Shown here one piece after another: positions 60,965-64,000 of a stretch of DNA of 64,000 nucleotides (position 1 is its first letter; every line of letters begins with the position of its first letter). Source of the stretch: Patescibacteria group bacterium (GTDB taxonomy: Bacteria; Patescibacteriota; Patescibacteriia; Magasanikbacterales; UBA922); NCBI GenBank assembly GCA_018823045.1, contig JAHJIX010000002.1, forward strand, positions 846-64,845, in the 5' to 3' direction. The position numbers and the translations under genes were made by a program. Below the pieces are notes generated by a model. That model searched no databases. It had not been told where the DNA came from and worked only from the letters and a program-made list of their open reading frames with translations.

Positions 60965-62290
60965 CTAAACAGCTTCTCCCCAAAGCATCCATGCCCCTGC
61001 CTTATATATCTTTACAGAAACGACAGTTCCAAGTAATGATTTATCTCCTTTAAAATCAACACGCTTCATTTCACGAGAATTTCCTCCGCAACGCCCATCT
61101 TTACACGTATCTACCAGCACAGAAACAACTTTGCCAACATAATATTGATTTTTTTCTTCTGTTCGCTCCCCCATATAATCTTGCATCACCCACCAACGCC
61201 GCTTTTTTTCTTCTTTACTGACATCATCTTCAAATTTATCATCAGCAATAGTGCCTGAGCGAGTAGAATACTGTGCATTATATGAAATATCAAAATCACA
61301 CTGTTTATACAAATCAAACGTTTCTTCAAATTGTGCTTCTGTCTCTCCACAAAATCCAACAATAATATCTGTTCCAATGGCAATATTGGGTTTCTTTTTG
61401 CGAATTTTTTCTATAATCGCCAAAAAGAACTCACGGTCATGTTTCCGATTCATGCGCGCAAGTATTTCTGTATTGCCAGATTGCACAGGTAAATGCAAAA
61501 AGTTTAATTGCTTCGGCAACGTTAACGCATCAATCACTTCATCATCCATGTATGACGGATGTGGTGCTGTATAATGCACACGATCTAAACCCTCTATCTG
61601 ATTCATTTCCCAAAGCAATTTGGCAAAATCATTTTTTATATATGGATTCTCAGAAGAAAACGCATCGGGATCTGGCGCAATATAATGATTCACAATTTGC
61701 CCAAGTAATGTCACCTCTAAACAGCCCTGAGAGACGAGATCTTGAATTTCAGCTAATATATCAGCTACTGGACGATTAAGCTCTCTCCCACGCGCATACG
61801 GCACCACACAATACGTGCAAAACTGGTTACACCCTGTCTGAATCGTCACAAAAGACTGCACCGCCTTATCAATGGTCGGGCGAAGTGCAAGATAATCTTT
61901 TGCCAAATCTTCCATTGGACGCAAATCTGGATTTAATTCACTCAAACGCTGTGGTAAATAAATCATTTCATGTGTTGGAAAATATAAATCAACGTCATGC
62001 AAACGATCGCGCAAAATGCCTTTTGCATCTCTCCCAGGGAGACAGCCAGTAATCCCAATAATAAGATTGGGATTTTGTTTTTTTAATTTTTTAAAATTAC
62101 GAGTCAAACCACTCACTCGATCTTCAGCAGCTTGTCTCACACTACAAGTGTTAATCATAATAACGTCCGCCTGCTCAATTAAAGCAGTGACTTCCATATT
62201 CATTCCCTTTAAAATTGTTGCCATACGCTCTGAATCATTTTTATTCATTTGGCAACCAAGCGTAATAATATGATAAAAATATTTTGACAT
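60965..62290 (-). CDS. miaB: tRNA-i6A37 methylthiotransferase (radical SAM, MiaB family)
   Basis: N-terminal 'ITLGCQMNKNDSE' (UPF0004 Cys), radical-SAM 'CNQFCTYCVVPYARG', TRAM C-terminus. Confidence 0.85.
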   Translation of the reverse strand: MSKYFYHIITLGCQMNKNDSERMATILKGMNMEVTALIEQADVIMINTCSVRQAAEDRVSGLTRNFKKLKKQNPNLIIGITGCLPGRDAKGILRDRLHDVDLYFPTHEMIYLPQRLSELNPDLRPMEDLAKDYLALRPTIDKAVQSFVTIQTGCNQFCTYCVVPYARGRELNRPVADILAEIQDLVSQGCLEVTLLGQIVNHYIAPDPDAFSSENPYIKNDFAKLLWEMNQIEGLDRVHYTAPHPSYMDDEVIDALTLPKQLNFLHLPVQSGNTEILARMNRKHDREFFLAIIEKIRKKKPNIAIGTDIIVGFCGETEAQFEETFDLYKQCDFDISYNAQYSTRSGTIADDKFEDDVSKEEKKRRWWVMQDYMGERTEEKNQYYVGKVVSVLVDTCKDGRCGGNSREMKRVDFKGDKSLLGTVVSVKIYKAGAWMLWGEAV

Positions 62291-62442
62291 GTTTTTTGCT
62301 TATTTTACCTAATATATAGTAAAACTACTCGACCGAAAGTATACTACGGATATGCCCTCTCGTCAATATACTCCATATTTTCATGACAAAGCATGCCAAA
62401 CATGCTATAGTATAGTCAAAATATTCTCTTAATTATATACCT

Positions 62443-62937
62443 ATGTCTTGTATACATAACCAGCACCAACAATGGGGTGACATTCTCGCTAAATGTAGTA
62501 CAAAAGTGTATTTTAAACATGAAGGACCACCCGCATATATTCCACCAACAGAAACCTCACCAAAAGATGATGGAAAAATTACTGAATTGAGTGAGGTAGA
62601 TATGGAAGATGTTGTTGAAATACCTCCCATGCCCCATGAAAGACCGCAAACCACTTTTGACGAAGGTCTCGCACAAACAGAAGCAGAAGAAGTCCGCATC
62701 GCTGCAGCAGAAAAGCAAGAATGGGCAGATAAAATTGCCGCAGCTAAAATAAGAGAATCTATTTCAGCATCGAGCGGACGAAGAAATCTTGCAGCTCGTT
62801 CAGGACAAACTGAACGAAGACCACGAAAATCAGTAGGACTAAGCCCACAAACAGAGCAACCCTACGCACAGATCACTAATCAACCCAAACCAAAAGGATT
62901 GTTTGGACGATTAAAAGGACTATTTCGAGGAAAATAA
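62443..62937 (+). CDS. Hypothetical basic/low-complexity protein
   Basis: 164-aa ORF preceded by aTGACA-16-TATAGT promoter-like sequence; no motif recognised. Confidence 0.4.
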   Translation: MSCIHNQHQQWGDILAKCSTKVYFKHEGPPAYIPPTETSPKDDGKITELSEVDMEDVVEIPPMPHERPQTTFDEGLAQTEAEEVRIAAAEKQEWADKIAAAKIRESISASSGRRNLAARSGQTERRPRKSVGLSPQTEQPYAQITNQPKPKGLFGRLKGLFRGK

Positions 62938-63104
62938 TGCTATATTCACAATAGATATCCACACATATGTTCTATTTTATTTGACGAACACTTCTTTTTT
63001 GTACTAGAATAAATAGATTTAGTAGGAGGTATATAATACAGTGTGTATCTTCTCAAAAATCACCTGTAACTGACAACTTACACCCAAAAAAAGGAAAGCA
63101 AACC

Positions 63105-63761
63105 ATGATCCCCATCATCTGGACGATCTTAAATGCGACCATCCTCCCCAAAGGAACATCAATCCCCTTTGGACAGCAACTCCTCACTCCTGGAAAAGAA
63201 TACCTGCAGTTCTTGAACACTGCAGCTCCATTCATTTTGTCTGGAGCAACAACAACCAGAATCACAGGAATTCTGCAAATCGAACCGTCATTCATGATTA
63301 TTCATGATAATTATCTGATTTCTAGAGATACGGGACAATCTGCTATTTCTATCACCCATCTCCTTGATTTGTTATCGGTGGACTTTATATACAGCCCACC
63401 AAATACATCAACAGAACACCCTTTTTTCTTTTTTGGAGAAGAAGGAGAAGAAAACGTGCAAACATTTTTGTTAAAAAATGTTTGCTTCACAAAAACAGCC
63501 TATTTTTGGGCTCCGGAGATTAACCCAATTCGCACTATTTCGTGCGTATTGCCGCCAAAAACCCCAGAACCTCGTTCATTCGGGAACTATATCTGGGTAA
63601 ATCAAAAAACACCAACCACACAAGGATTCATTATATATACTCTTATTATGTATAATGAATCTGGAGTGAGTTTCTCTGGCGGACGAGCTATATATAACCA
63701 CCAAGGGCAAATACGCTTGTATCTCCCTAAACCAACACACCAGTTACAGACGAGGAGCTAA
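63105..63761 (+). CDS. Hypothetical protein
   Basis: 218-aa ORF, no motif recognised. Confidence 0.4.
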   Translation: MIPIIWTILNATILPKGTSIPFGQQLLTPGKEYLQFLNTAAPFILSGATTTRITGILQIEPSFMIIHDNYLISRDTGQSAISITHLLDLLSVDFIYSPPNTSTEHPFFFFGEEGEENVQTFLLKNVCFTKTAYFWAPEINPIRTISCVLPPKTPEPRSFGNYIWVNQKTPTTQGFIIYTLIMYNESGVSFSGGRAIYNHQGQIRLYLPKPTHQLQTRS

Positions 63762-63955
63762 AGGCATATTCTTTAAAAAGACTATGCCTTTTAAAAACCC
63801 ACCTAAATGGGATTGCATATATTTTTATGTATGACAACCCCTTTTATTTGTGCTATAATAATTATACTAAATATTGGTCATACTAAACAAGACCTTTTGA
63901 AATACAATAAACATATTTAATTAGCTAACTACTGCAAAAAAACAACACAAAGCAC

Positions 63956-63984
63956 TTGACAAAACCACTTTTTTGTGCTATAGT
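63956..63984 (+). promoter_or_regulatory. Consensus sigma70-type promoter TTGACA-17-TATAGT at window end (downstream gene outside window)
   Basis: cTTGACAaaaccacttttttgtgcTATAGTacat. Confidence 0.5.
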
Positions 63985-64000
63985 ACATTGTTACAAACAC

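Overview
This window is AT-rich and gene-dense, with compact genes and many small or fused proteins. The gene content looks like a CPR/Patescibacteria-type bacterium, but that lineage call is low-confidence inference. Gene content in coordinate order: (1) glpX, an acidic orphan protein, xth, then a minus-strand 5S-23S rRNA pair with no 16S within 370 bp. A consensus promoter and an intrinsic terminator lie in the 23S leader, and rlmH sits divergently next to the 23S gene. (2) gpmI. (3) A roughly 17.5-kb co-directional minus-strand type IV pilus supercluster (8501..25982). In transcription order it reads: CheY-like receiver, PilB, PilC, pseudopilin, a 1732-aa prepilin-signal giant adhesin (LVIVD propeller, two LamG modules, a 7-repeat propeller), a minor pilin, a PilX-like protein, a PilM-PilN fusion, two paralogous major pilins, a GAF-PAS protein, a small orphan, a dCache-HAMP-PAS histidine kinase, and two more stand-alone receivers. 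(4) An Smr protein, tRNA-Leu(UAG), RNase J with a basic N-terminal extension, an Opp-like substrate-binding protein, secG, and a frameshifted IS481-type transposase remnant. (5) rpmE, prfA-prmC, a tandem PQ-loop (SemiSWEET-like) membrane protein, Nudix, transaldolase, glutaredoxin, archaeal-type PGI/PMI, several orphan proteins, TPR, rplY, rodA/ftsW and gyrB. (6) secE-nusG-rplK, then a terminator and a two-gene insert (D-2-hydroxyacid dehydrogenase plus a Kazal-domain lipoprotein), then rplA under its own promoter, with no rplJ or rplL. (7) A thymidylate/dNTP cassette (dCMP deaminase, P-loop kinase, dut, thyA, a structured intergenic region, folA, tmk), then gatB, miaA-miaB and orphan proteins. 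No CRISPR, restriction-modification or toxin genes were recognised. The most unusual features are the giant pilus adhesin with the receiver-rich signalling module, the split L11/L1 operon with the Kazal lipoprotein, the promoter-to-terminator unit in front of a 16S-less 23S, and the dTMP cassette with its extra kinase and structured spacer.
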